Shown: in pieces, positions 23,501 through 35,769 of the stretch
Layout of the letters: every line of letters starts with the position of its first letter
Numbering within the stretch: the stretch's first letter is position 1
Assembly (NCBI GenBank): GCA_950097015.1
Contig: CATNEN010000038.1
Location: forward strand, 12,214,001-12,278,000
Length of the DNA stretch: 64,000 nucleotides
Reading direction: 5' to 3'
Source of the DNA: Macrostomum hystrix
Taxonomy: Eukaryota; Animalia; Platyhelminthes
Made by a program: the position numbers and the translations under genes
The notes under the pieces: model-generated
What the model was told of the DNA's origin: nothing
Databases searched by the model: none
What the model saw: only the letters and a program-made list of their open reading frames with translations

Positions 23501-26295
23501 TATGAATCTTGTAGAGGAGCTGGTCCATCTGGTGCTGATAAAATTCTATGAATCTTGTAGAGGAGCTGGTCCATCTGGTGCTGATAAGATTCTATGAATC
23601 TTGTAGAGGAGCTGGTCCATCTGGTGCTGATAAGATTCTATGAATCTTGTAGAGGAGCTGGTCCATCTGGTGCTGATAAGATTCTATGAATCCCGTCGAC
23701 AAGTTGATCCAACTTGTGATGATAAACTGCAATGAATCCCGTTTAGAAGTTGATCCAACTTGTGATGATAAACTGCAATGAATCCCGTTGAGAAGTTGAT
23801 CCAACTTGTGATGATAAACTGCAATGAATCCCGTTGAGAAGTTGATCCAACTTGTGTTGTTAAACTGCAATGAATCCCGTTGAGAAGTTGATCCAACTTG
23901 TGATGATAAACTGCAATGAATCCCGTTGAGAAGTTGATCCAACTTGTGATGATAAACTGCAATGAATCCCGTTGAGAAGTTGATCCAACTTGTGTTGTTA
24001 AACTGCAATGAATCCCGTTGAGAAGTTGATCCAACTTGTGATGATAAACTGCAATGAATCCCGTTGAGAAGTTGATCCAACTTGTGATGATAAACTGCAA
24101 TGAATCCCGTTGAGAAGTTGATCCAACTTGTGATGATAAACTGCAATGAATCCCGTTGAGAAGTTGATCCAACTTGTGATGATAAACTACAATGAATCCC
24201 GTTGAGAAGTTGATTTAACTTGTTATGCTAAACATTAGATAAACTACAATGAATCTCGTTGAGAATTTGGTCCATCTGGTGCTGATAATCTTCGATGAAT
24301 CCCGTAGATAAGCCGGTCCATCTGGTGCTGATAAACTTCGATGAATCACGTAGATAAGCCGGTCCATCTGGTGCTGATAACCAGATGAATGGATCTTCGA
24401 TGAATCTCGTAGAGAAGTTGTAGCAGATGTGGAAACTTTTGAACGCCTACCCTTGAGCGGAAAGAAAGCCAACTATAGTGTACTTTTGCAACTTTCTAGG
24501 GCTTGTTATTATTGTTCGCTCTTAATAGTGCATATTATCTGACAATTAAAATTCAGGACAGATAAGAATGGGGCAGAATTGTCTCTTGCTAGCTGCGGGT
24601 CTACTTACTTCAAAGTGCGCCAATTTATATGCCCGCAAAAAAGCATCCTGCAAGTGACAAAATATTTTTTTCTTCCTTCAGCCTACCATCAAAGCTGACC
24701 ATAGCATCCAGGCGGCAGTCTTTGGCCGGCTGGCCTTCAGGCTCCGCCCTTGTCTTCCCAGAGTCGCAGCAGCAGCAGCAACTTCTGATGATGCCCGGCT
24801 TGTCTGGCTCAACTGCGGCCATCATGAGCGGCCAGCTGCAGCTGCGCCAGTCTGACTCGGGCTCTGGTCGATGGACTCGCTTCGCTCATTGCGCCCTGCA
24901 GGGCAGCCGCCTGCTGTGCTACCGGTCCGGCCACCAGGCCCGGGTCAGCCACACCCTGCAGCTGGCGGGCTACGCAGCCGTCTACTCGGACAGAGAGTCC
25001 GGTGCCAGTCACGTGATTAAGCTGACTCACCCGAGTCTGCCAACGCACGCACTGGCTGCCGACTCCGAGTCTGAGGCCAGGATGTGGATTGCCGCTTTGA
25101 ATTCCGCCTGCGGTGGCGGCAGTGGAGGCTTGCAGCCGCCACTAATGAGCTCGACGACTTCTGCTTCCGCGTTTCGATTCAGCTATTATGCGTCATCTTC
25201 CAGCGCTTCGAATTCCAACGATTCCTGCGGGGGCGGAGTTGTCGGCGGCTGCTACGAGGTTCAACAGTCGCCGACTAATATCGACCGGCATAGGCGGGGC
25301 TCGCTGCCGCCTTCATTGTCCTCTTCGTTATCGTTCTCGCCTGAGACTAGTCCGGTGCATCATGCGGTTGCTGCTGCCGGCACTGCTAACAGTGGTAGGC
25401 TTGCTTTTGTCTCTGGTTTAATTATTATCTACATGAACCGAATTTCTTATGTTTAAACAATCGGTCCTACGATCCGCTGCGCTTTGCAGGCGAATGCGCC
25501 AAGCCCTTATCGAAATCCCCAGCCGAAGGCCTGATACGTCGCTTTCGGGGCTCCTTCGGCGCCGGCAGCGGTGTCGGCGACAAATCGTCGGCTTCGACGT
25601 TTCCGACGGCGTCGCCGGATGCTCTGGTCTCCGGGTTGGTGTCGGCGAAGCTCCTGCCAGCGGCATTGCCATCGGTGACGGCCGCATCCGGGCAGCAGCC
25701 AGCAGTTGGCCACTGGAGTCGGCGATTCGCCCAGCTGTTGCCGAGCTCCTGTCTGCAGCTGGCTGATCCCGACGGTGGCAGCACCGAGTACCGTCTACCG
25801 CTGGCCCAGCTGCGCATCGGCCCGCTCCAGGACGATCGAAAGCGGCGCAGCGGCCTGCGGCTCTACTGCGAGGCTGACGGACGCGACTGGCTGCTGTTAG
25901 ACGTGACGGACAAGACCCGGCTCGGCACCTGGATCAAGCAGCTCATCCTGGCCACCGCTCCCTGCTACGACACCCCGGCTCTGCCTTCGAGGGCGCCTAC
26001 GGGATGCGGAACCCCCGCTTCTCCAACTCCCACTCCCGGGGCGGCGCCTCAGCGACCTCTGCCGCCGACGCCGCCTTCAACGTCAACGTATCAGCCACAG
26101 CAACAACAGCAGCCCCCGCCGCCGCCGCGTCGTCAGCTGCCCGACCTTCCCGGCGGTGTCGGCGGGCTCAGCTTGGCCTGCCTGACCGCCGATTCTCGAA
26201 GTCATTTCATGGACGGCGCCGCTGCTGGCCCCAACGGTGGCGGAGGTCCCGCTCTGAAGACTCGACTGCTACTGCAGCAGGGCTGGGCTAGCTGA
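20577..26295 (+). CDS. AFAP1/SKAP-like adaptor with two PH-like domains; exons ~20577-20976, 22116-22158, 24682-25394, 25490-26295
   Basis: N-terminal DNLLASLLQFLRHDLASEKLSERCQLAQRSLLDRL resembles the AFAP1/SKAP N-terminal helix motif; small exon DYEEPW; PH1 ends LAADSESEARMWIAAL; PH2 ends LGTWIKQL; Pro-rich RPLPPTP. Splice phases join in frame. Confidence 0.72.
21008..21356. repeat. 23-bp minisatellite (CACTCCTTAGCCCCTGCCTGAGT) x ~15, intronic
   Basis: Tandem copies seen directly; degenerate continuation to ~21500. Confidence 0.95.
21865..21960. mobile_element. Fragment of foldback MITE family M1
   Basis: GATATTCAACGATTTCCGCCGGGGTGTCTGGTG and ACAGAGAAATGTTAG...CTTGTCACCAGG match 6120-6151 and 6246-6277. 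Confidence 0.7.
22655..24420. repeat. 46-bp satellite, two homogenised subfamilies in phase, intronic
   Basis: Type A CTGGTGCTGATAAGATTCTATGAATCTTGTAGAGGAGCTGGTCCAT to ~23690, then type B CTTGTGATGATAAACTGCAATGAATCCCGTTGAGAAGTTGATCCAA to ~24215; hybrid degenerate units at both ends. Confidence 0.95.
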
Positions 26296-26442
26296 ATGGC
26301 TGGAGTGGATTGAACTTCACCTGATCTTTGTGATTTAATCAAGATTTAACAATGGATTGATACTTGATAGCGACTGGCTTGTGAAATGAGCGATCAAAAT
26401 TAGATTACAGGAGTCTAGCCTCCGAAACGAAGAATTTATCTA

Positions 26443-27441
26443 TGGATTGCTAGACTAGCCTGTGAAGTGAGGGATTAGTAAACGGATTGCTAGTCTAGCC
26501 TGTGAAGTGAGGGATTAGTAAACGGATTGCTAGTCTAGCCTGTGAAGTGAGGGATTAGTAAACGGATTGCTAGTCTAGCCTGTGAAATGAAGGATTAGTA
26601 AATGGATTGCTAGTCTAGCCTGTGAAGTAAGGGATTAGTAAACGGATTGCTAGTCTAGCCTGTGAAGTGAGGGATTAGTAAACGGATTGCTAGTCTAGCC
26701 TGTGAAATGAAGGATTAGTAAATGGATTGCTAGTCTAGCCTGTGAAGTAAGGGATTAGTAAACGGATTGCTAGTCTAGCCTGTGAAGTGAGGGATTAGTA
26801 AACGGATTGCTAGTCTAGCCTGTGAAATGAAGGATTAGTAAACGGATTGCTAGTCTAGCCTGTGAAGTGAGGGATTAGTAAACGGATTGCTAGTCTAGCC
26901 TGTGAAATGAAGGATTAGTAAATGGATTGCTAGTCTAGCCTGTGAAGTAAGGGATTAGTAAACGGATTGCTAGTCTAGCCTGTGAAGTAAGGGATTAGTA
27001 AATGGATTGCTAGTCTAGCATGTGAAGGTAAGGGATTAGTAAACGGATTGCTAGTCTAGCCTGTGAAGTGAGGGATTAGTAAATGGATTGCTAGTCTAGC
27101 CTGTGAAATGAAGGATTAGTAAACGGATTGCTAGTCTAGCCTGTGAAGTGAGGGATTAGTAAACGGATTGCTAGTCTAGCCTGTGAAATGAAGGATTAGT
27201 AAATGGATTGCTAGTCTAGCCTGTGAAGTAAGGGATTAGTAAACGGATTGCTAGTCTAGCCTGTGAAGTAAGGGATTAGTAAATGGATTGCTAGTCTAGC
27301 ATGTGAAGGTAAGGGATTAGTAAACGGATTGCTAGTCTAGCCTGTGAAGTGAGGGATTAGTAAACGGATTGCTAGTCTAGCCTGTGAAGTGAAGGATTAG
27401 TAAATGGATTGCTAGTCTAGCCTGTGAAGTGAAGGATTAGT
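26443..27441. repeat. 40-bp minisatellite (GGATTGCTAGTCTAGCCTGTGAAGTGAGGGATTAGTAAAC) x ~25
   Basis: Tandem copies seen directly just downstream of the PH gene stop codon. Confidence 0.95.
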
Positions 27442-28807
27442 GAGTGGGTTTTGTCTAGCTTTTGAAAAGAAGGTTTTCGGAACTGTTAAAAGCAATTTTT
27501 TAATTTGGAATATATTTTGATAATTTTTGTTGATTTCAAAATCTTTACTTACTACTTAGAGTACGGCAAAGCGTTTAAAATCAACTGGTTAGTCGAGTAG
27601 TTCTGTATTTCCCTTTTCGTTGTTTTGATTTATAAGCTTTGCAGTTAAAATTTTCACAATATATTTCAAGCATGTTGCTAATATTGCACTATCTATAGGC
27701 TTTGTATAATATAAATTCAACAATAACATCTGTAAATAGTTAGTATAGTATTAACCAGTGTACAGTTCTTTACCACTGCTGATAATTACTAATAGTTTTC
27801 TTTTTTCTGCTAATAATGCTGTACAATATTAATAGTTCTGCAATTCGTGGCATTTGGTTTTTATTTTTTATTTATCTGCAAGCAGCTACTTTTTTAATTC
27901 TGCTCTCGCTTATGTACATAGTAATTATAATAATACTATTTTCGTGGTTTCCATGGTTCTATGATTAAAATTAACATTAAACTCTATACTCTAGCATTAA
28001 CGTTCTAAACTTATCAACGATTTTGGCGGTTTTTTCAGGTTTTATTTGTCTATGGCAGAAACCACCCCCCTTATAAATTTGTTAGGTTTACGAACAGCTT
28101 CAAGTCTCAACTATGACCTGTTTAATGCACATTTTGTTCAATAAAGTGTATCTATTTAGTGCCAATATATCCCATTTTTCTTCAAGTGTTATGATATTTT
28201 CTTAACAAGATAACTGACTTTCCACGTGCCCAATCCCAGCAGCTATTTGCTCATTAATTTTAGCCAAACCAAACGCATCAATTTTACAGTGCACTGTTTA
28301 TTGTGTATTCTGCTAGCTTAGCTTGTTGTTAGCCAAATTCAACTTTTTAATACGAGACTTTCCATACTGCTGCTGCCATTATTTGATGTTAAGTTTCACT
28401 GGCCAAATTGTGTTCTTAATTGTCCTCTATGTTCTAAAGCGGCACTCTGTCCTGACCCGATGTAACTAATTCCAAGCAGCCTCTTAAATGTCAGCAAAAT
28501 CGACCTTCCAAGACTATTTAAGTGCTATTTTGTTTCTTACAATAGTTTTTAGGCAGCGCTAAGTTTAATTTTCTTGTTTTTTAATTAATTTATTCGTTCA
28601 ATACACGACGTCAGACCCATTTTCTGAGTCGTTTTTTTCTTAAAATTCATTAAGGCAAACGGCTCTTTGTGACCAGCTACAACTGTTGTGCTTTGCTGCT
28701 TTTCTTGGGGGCTCTCAGAAACCATCTTCTCGTCGTCGAAAATTCCAAGTTATTGGATCATTTTCATTAGCTCGTTATATCACTAGTTCGAAATATTTTC
28801 CTGTTGT

Positions 28808-29545
28808 ATCTCATCTGCCTCATCTCTTCCCTGTCTCATCTCTCCCCTGTCTCTTCTCTCCCCTCATCTCTCCCGTGTCTCATATCTCCCCTGTCTCTAC
28901 TCTCCCCTAATCTCTCCCCTGTCTCTACTCTCCCCTCATCTCTCCCGTGTCTCATCTCTCCCCTGTCTCTTCTCTCCCCTCATCTCTCCCGTGTCTCATA
29001 TCTCCCCTGTCTCTACTCTCCCCTAATCTCTCCCGTGTCTCATCTCTCCCCTGTCTCTACTCACCCCTCATCTCTCCCCTGTCTCTACTCTCCCCTCATC
29101 TCTCCCGTGTCTCATCTCTCCCCTGTCTCTACTCTCCCCTCATCTCTCCCGTGTCTCATCTCTCCCCTGTCTCATCTCTCCCCTGTCTCTACTCTCCACT
29201 CATCTCTCCCGTGTCTCATCTCTCCCCTGTCTCTACTCTCCCCTCATCTCTCCTGTGTCTCATCTCTCCCCTGTCTCATCTCTCCCCTGTCTCTACTCTC
29301 CCCTCATCTCTCCCGTGTCTCATCTCTCCCCTGTCTCTACTCTCCCCTCATCTCTCCCGTGTCTCTACTCTCCCCTCATCTCTCTCGTGTCTCATCTCTC
29401 CCGTGTCTCATCTCTCCCCTGTCTCTACTCTCCCCTCATCTCTCCCGTGTCTTATCTCTCCCCTGTCTCTTCTCTTCCCTCATCTCTCCCGTGTCTCATC
29501 TCTCCCCTGTCTCAATTCTCCCGTCTCATCTTTCCCCTGTCTCAT
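28808..29545. repeat. Pyrimidine-rich compound minisatellite (TCTCATCTCTCCCCTG / TCTCTACTCTCCCC / CTCCCGTG modules)
   Basis: Low-complexity tandem modules seen directly. Confidence 0.9.
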
Positions 29546-30345
29546 TTCTTCCCAGCATCATCTGCGGCCATATAAGTGAGTATCTACTCACCTACCCCTC
29601 CGGGATCTGCGATGCTTGCCATTACCCATTACCCACTGGGATCTTGTGCTTGACTGCATAGTTCGAGCTTATAAATGATTGATTTGGGAATTAACTGCAT
29701 TCTTAGTCTTCTCCCACTGGACTTGTCCGTTGTAGCTCAGCCGAACATTTGCTGATAATGGATTGTCAATTAACTCGTTCAGTTTTCTCCGTCTCTCGAG
29801 ACCCATTTTAAAGGCCCTCTGAGTAGTGGAGCTTGTTCGGTTAATTGGGTACTCGGCTAGGTGACGCGGTGGGCGCTCGTCACTCGGGACAAAATGTATC
29901 TTGCGTGGAGCGCTTATCAGTAGAGAGTTCAAAGCTAGAGCCTCTTACTGCTTGCTCTCTGGCTATATACATCTCTTGCTTCTGGTGTGCTCACACTAGC
30001 CTGGCGGGTAGGGTCTCTGTGCTCTGTTGTTTCATTTTTCTATCTTCTTTGCCGTCTCCTCAGACTCTCTAGAGCGCTGGCTGACTAGAATTGTCTGCAA
30101 CGGAAGGACTGCCTGGTCTTTGCTGGCCTCACAAAGCATTTATTGTATTTGTTGCTTTTCCTTTTCTGTATTTTTCTTATTCTTTATTTTCTTTCCTGCT
30201 AAATACTGGGCGCAGGCTTTTTATTAGAAGCAAAACTTGGTTGTGACGGCACAATTCTCTGATTGTATAGACTCGGCTCAGTGCGCTGTGTGTACTAATA
30301 CAGAGTGAACGAAATAATTTGGGGCAAAATCTGCAATAATTCAAA

Positions 30346-32942
30346 ATGCTTCTGTGGCAGCTCCTCAGACGGCTGCCGACTGCGGCGCTGGCCCTACTGA
30401 TCTGCTGCGCTACCGGTGAGTGTGGAGTGCAATTACAGTGCCCATTGCATGGTTACTCAGGTGAGAATCGACGATCATCGAAGAAAAAATTTTTGCATGA
30501 GGGCTGTGGGGCAATCGCACATCATTTGGTGACACTAGACCCGCAGTCAGCGAAGTGGCAATTCTGCCCATTCCGCTGACTCCTGAGCACACTGAGCACA
30601 CACGCACCCTGTAACTTTGAAGTTGGCCCTCGAGCGCATAAATTTCGCCCTAAGTGAATGTGGCTTCACCGCGGAATCGAGCTCAGGAGCCTCTCGAGTG
30701 AGAGAGGCAAACGCGTTAGACCACTGTGCCACTCAACCAGTCAATGAGTCACGCACACTCACTTTCAAATGAAACAGTGGTCGACTCAACCTGCGGTGGT
30801 TACTACTCAGGTGTAGCCTCCGGAGCCAGCTACACCATCTATTCTCCTAATTATCCCACCTCGAACTACGACCGCAACACCAACTGCGTCTGGCTGTTCG
30901 CTGCCACCAACTTCACCGAGCTGCGCGTCAATGTCAGCTTCATGCAGCTGGAGACGAACGCTGACGGCAGCTGCAAGGACTTCGTGCAGATCCGGGAAGG
31001 CAACTCTAGCGCAACTGAGCTGGGGACTCTGTGCAGCTCATCCTCGGCCAGAAGGTTGGTCACCTCCAGTCGCTACCTTTGGATTCAATTTCGCAGCGAT
31101 TATCAGGTGCAGGATAGGGGCTTCTCTCTGACTGTGACGGCTGCCGTGAATTACGCGGCAAACAGGACCGATTCTCCTGTCCGATGTAAGAGCTGCCAAG
31201 TGCGTGTAGTATGAATGAATCAAATGGTTAAATTGTCCGCATAATAATTCATTCCAGCCTGTCAGCTGACGCAGTACACCTGTCCGAACATGGAGTGCAT
31301 CTACACTTCGTATCTTTGCGACAGTGTCAACGATTGCGGATGCGAAGACTACGGCTGCGACGAGACCAAGTGCTGGACCTTCAGCCACTTAAACTGTTAG
31401 TTACTTCGCTTTGCGTATGTTTAAGTGCTTGATTTGGGTTCCGGGAAGATTAAATGATTCGAATAGATAGGTTCCACCGGCATAGGGGGTGAGTACCGCC
31501 AGTCGCTCATCAGAGCTCAAGAGCTCAAGGTCCGTAAGCTCGAATCCGCGGCCCCACACTCCGAATTTCGTCATGCAATTTACGCCCATGAGGGCCAAAC
31601 CCCAAAGTAGAGTGAGAGTGTACACTGCCTGATAGTGTACGTCAGGGCAGATGTACACACCTGTGGGAATGACTTACGTACCGTATCTCATTCATGCCTA
31701 TGTGCTCAGGAATCAGCTGAATTGGCTAGAATTGCCCTTTCGCCGGCTGCGTCTGTACTGTCACAAAATAATGTGCAAATAGTACATCGTATTACTATAG
31801 CCGTGTTATAACATTTCTGCAGCGATCGGCTTCAACTGGGGCGTCGGTGTCGGCATTGGCTTCTTCATCGGCCTGGTGCTGCTGATCGCTTTCGGCCTGC
31901 ACGAGATGCCGCAGCACAAACGGCCGGAGTGCCTTCGCCGACGGGACCGGAGCCTCGGCGGCGGCGCTGGCGACGAAAGCAGCCGCTGTCTGCTGGCCTG
32001 CGCGCAGCGCTGCCGCAGAAACAAGGTTGACCAGAGAAAGCCGGGCGACGAGTTCAAGAGCATGCTGGAACGGATGAGCGCCAACAGACACCCGCTGCGC
32101 TGGTGCGTTCTCACAGGGACCCGCTCAAAATAGTGAAATATTTTGTAGTCGTGATGCGTCCAGGGGTCACCTGGAGTGTGTCATGGTGTGTCTCCTGGAA
32201 TGTGTCGCGGTGATTCTCCTGGAGTCTGTTGTGGTGTGTCTCTAGGAGTGTGTCGAGGTGCGTCTCCTGGAGTGTGTCGAGGTGCGTCTCCTGGAGTGTG
32301 TCGAGGTGCGTCTCCTGGAGTGTGTCGAGGTGCGTCTCCTGGAGTGTGTCGGGGTGCGTCTCTTGGAGTGTGTCGGGGTGCGTCTCCTTGAGTGTGTCGA
32401 GGTGCGTCTCCTGGAGTGTGTCGAGGTGCGTCTCCTGGAGTGTGTCGGGGTGCGTCTCCTGGAGTGTGTCGGGGTGCGTCTCCTGGAGTGTGTCGGGGTG
32501 CGTCTCCTGGAGTGTGTCGGGGTGCGTCTCCTGGAGTGTGTCGAGGTGCGTCTCCTGGAGTGTGTCGAGGTGCGTCTCCTGGAGTGTGTCGAGGTGCGTC
32601 TCCTGGAGTGTGTCGAGGTGCGTCTCCTGGAGTGTGTCATTGTTTGACTCCTGGTCAAATCGTGGCCCGATTTTTTTCGCTCCCTAACAACCTCTAATTT
32701 CACTGAATGATTTCAGGGAGACAGAATCGGAGTCTGACGCCGGTCGCAGCGGTGGCCCCTCGCGCAGTGGCTCCATCACTGGGAGCCGTCGTTCATCCTA
32801 CCAGATGTCGGTCTCAGCGGCCTCCTACGGTAACACACTCAGCCCTCGCGACATACCAACGTCGGCGCCAAAGCCGGCACCTTCACCGGCCTCAGCAGCG
32901 AAAGCTGCAACATTGACTGTGCCTGGCTCGTCCGCTGTCTGA
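30346..32942 (+). CDS. Single-pass CUB + LDLa membrane protein (Neto/LRP12-like architecture); exons ~30346-30415, 30778-31185, 31258-31395, 31823-32102, 32717-32942
   Basis: Signal peptide; CUB CGG...IYSPNYP...CVW...CKDFVQI...FRSD...RGF; LDLa-like CQLTQYTCPNMECIYTSYLCDSVNDCG...DETKC; TM WGVGVGIGFFIGLVLLIAFGL; frame-compatible splice sites. Confidence 0.85.
30487..30736 (-). mobile_element. tRNA-derived SINE family A copy (clearest Pol III head, central hairpin deleted)
   Basis: Minus strand shows A box TGGCACAGTGG, B-box-like GAGCTCGATTCC, then the shared body GAGGGCCAAC...GTGCTCAGGAGTCAG...GCAGAATTGCC...CTGCGGGTCTAGTGTCACCAAATGATGTGC. Confidence 0.8.
31485..31780 (+). mobile_element. SINE family A copy, intronic
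   Basis: B-box-like AGCTCGAATCC, then AATTTACGCCC, GAGGGCCAA, hairpin GTGTACACTGCCTGA...TCAGGGCAGATGTACAC, AGAATTGCC...GGCTGCG. Confidence 0.8.
32172..32638. repeat. 24-bp minisatellite (GGAGTGTGTCGAGGTGCGTCTCCT) x ~19, intronic
   Basis: Tandem copies seen directly. Confidence 0.95.
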
Positions 32943-33762
32943 AGAGAACATCTCGACTACTTGGAGGACATTGGAATTGAGTCGCTTCTATTTGTGAATG
33001 CGATAATGTCTTAGCTTTTTTATCAACGGGAAAAACGTTTTGAGTTGTCCATCTTAAACACATCGTACCCATATCGTAAGCGTTAAAACTGCTATTTATG
33101 ATTTTGATTTACATAGTAATTTACGTTTTCGCGTGAGCTTGCCATTCCGTGTTATAAAAGTACAATTTTGAATAACTTGTCGAAATCATGCACTTTTTGT
33201 ATCTACCATGTTCTATTCAAATATTCAAATATTCAAATTGCACGCGTTTACCGAGGCAACTGAACTCAATAAATACTGAAAATCGAGGCTGGTATTGTCA
33301 AAATTTCCTAATCCAAGATGTTCTGTCAATTCGTTTACTCTATGCAAAATGCACAAGTCAAAATCTAGCAGACTTTTTGTATAATTAGACAGGGTCGCAC
33401 CATTTTAACTACTCACAGTAGCTATATTTATGCAAAATAATATTCAATGTTTTTGCGCAATTCCACAAGAAAAACAGATTCATGTTATACTTCGTTGTTG
33501 CAGCTTAGATTCGGTTCGGTCTAGATTTGTCGATCTTTATAGCGACGCAAATTATTCAATCTCTTAAAATGTGCGTATCAGACGCCTAATAAGGCGTTGT
33601 CAGTAACAAGCGTTAATATGTGTCTTAAATACAGAAAATAGTTAGCTAGGTATGATACTTATAAAAAAAACACAAAGGAACAAGTCTGAAAGTTAATTAC
33701 ACAAGCTAGTTAAAAAATATTCTGTAAAACTGTAATTCCTTTTGAAATGACAGCAAAAATTT

Positions 33763-33835
33763 TGGTTCGGCCCGGGCTCGAACCGGGGACCTTCTGTGTG
33801 TGAGACAGATGTGATAACCACTACACCACCGAACC
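33763..33835 (-). tRNA. tRNA-Val-CAC: tRNA-Val (anticodon CAC)
   Basis: GGTTCGGTGGTGTAGTGGTTATCACATCTGTCTCACACACAGAAGGTCCCCGGTTCGAGCCCGGGCCGAACCA folds as a full cloverleaf (anticodon arm TCTGT-CTCACAC-ACAGA); T5 terminator follows at 33755-33759. Confidence 0.95.
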
Positions 33836-35769
33836 CTTACATGTGAATACATATTTTAGCCTAATCCAACTTTATTTCCTGGCCTCGCGACTTCGAGTGA
33901 ACTTTAATGAAGTCTTCATTCAGACATTTTTCTACAGTACAATGTAGAAAGATACATGGAAATTGCAAAATAGATTAAGGGCCACGTACGTACAGTAAAA
34001 CCACTGTGTTGGTACCATAATGTGTTTTACTTCAGTGGTCCTTGCAAAAGCTGCCGCCAACAGAATTTTGAACAAAAAAAATAAACAAAAGTGGCGTAGC
34101 TCGTATTTACTCGTACATTACTTTCAACATTTTCTGCACAGCAGGTAATATGATGCGAAATGTGTTGTTAGGATTCACCGTCTAGCTGTGAGCAAAAACA
34201 ATTATACTAGGTCGAAAGAACAAATTCGACATCGAAGAGGAAGTTATGCAGCAATAGACAGTGATTTTTCTAACTGGCCTATCCTCCAGGCTGCAACCCC
34301 TCTACAGCTGAACCGTGTTACCATGGAAACGACAAAAACCCATGACTAGACAGCTGGGAACTGGCTAAACAGGACGCAAGAGGAGGACGAGCTGCGTCGA
34401 GGATAGGAAAATAGCAAAAAGAACAAAGGAAAGAAAAGCTGCGTCCCATTGTGTGCTAGTTCTAGCAAGCTCCGACCTCACCTCGTGTTCTCTCCGCTCG
34501 CCAATACAACTATAAGCTATCGACGTTTACTTTGTTAAAATGCATTGACTTTGAAAAAGCTAACTAGCTAAAGCAGCTCTATATAGAGCCCAAAAAGAAT
34601 GCTTTTAGCCCAGTTATAAGAGCCACCATTTTCTCCTGTCATTACAGTCTTGATGAAACACTTTCACTGTACGAATTATACTAGACTAGCACGCAGCAAC
34701 AATGGTAGAAGGACAAGCGAAGCACATCAACCGCCTAATGGAGCGACATCGAGCACTGCAGGAGCAGCACGCGGCCAAGCTTTGCCAGTTGGAAATCGCT
34801 TATCGTCTGCCATCGCTGACCACCAAAAAATATTCGTCAGACAATCATCCTCATAATCGAGAATGTGCACTGCAGAGAAAATCTGCAGGTAGGTGTGATA
34901 AAGGACCCTCTCTGAATCAAGGGCCTCTCTTTGGTTCTGGATTAACGGTGGTCGGGAAATCTGCAGTCACGATGAATGGAATCAATAAATCAGCAGCTGC
35001 AATAGGCGGAGCCGATAACAGCAGATAATAAAACATCCTAAATTCAACCTTAAATTGCAGTCGTTATCAACGCAAATCCGGAAAATTTACTTTTAAACCG
35101 AAAGCTAAAATTCATATTGTTCCATTTGGTTTATCTGATATCCATAAATTGCATAGATTGTAGCAAAGTTATTTGAAATTCTGCAGTTCAATTCAGAACA
35201 TATTACACTATTATATTGAAAAATTCGTCATTTATGTACTTTTAAAGCCAAAAATTTCCATTTGCAGATGCAACGCACGTGTGCAAGTTTGAATTTATTG
35301 AAACATATTTATTTAAGTCACTTTTATAGCCGTACAATTAACACATTATTTTTCGTTTCTAATTATTTAACATGAAATAACTTAGTCAACGAAATTCCTT
35401 TGTTTGATATTTTTCTCGAAATTACAATATGCAATCAGTTTTAAGAAATCAGCGTGGGCGAGTACATATTGGAAAAAATGAATTTGGATTTAAACTGATT
35501 TGAAGTGAACTTAATGATTTTTTGTTCTTTAATGCATTTATAAGTACTGTTAATTAAAGGTACTAATTTTAAGTTCTTTGGAATCTATATTGATAAAGAA
35601 AACAGATTTTGTTTTAATAAGATTAGAGTGACGTCTGTTTCCGCATGCGATTCCCACAGTAGTTTAGAAAAGTTTTACACGCAGATGTACTTTTAGGATG
35701 TCTTCAATGATCCAGGTAGCAGCCCCAATCATGCTGCTGGTGGCTCTCAAGCTTTCTGGTTTACTCTCT

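Noticed and set aside
22655-24420. CRISPR-like look of the 46-bp hairpin-containing repeats (also the 61-64 kb array)
   Set aside because: No unique spacers, no cas genes, eukaryotic intronic context.
34650-35028. Short coiled-coil-like ORF (MVEGQAKHINRLMERH...)
   Set aside because: Could be an exon of a small gene, but I found no recognisable domain or convincing gene model.
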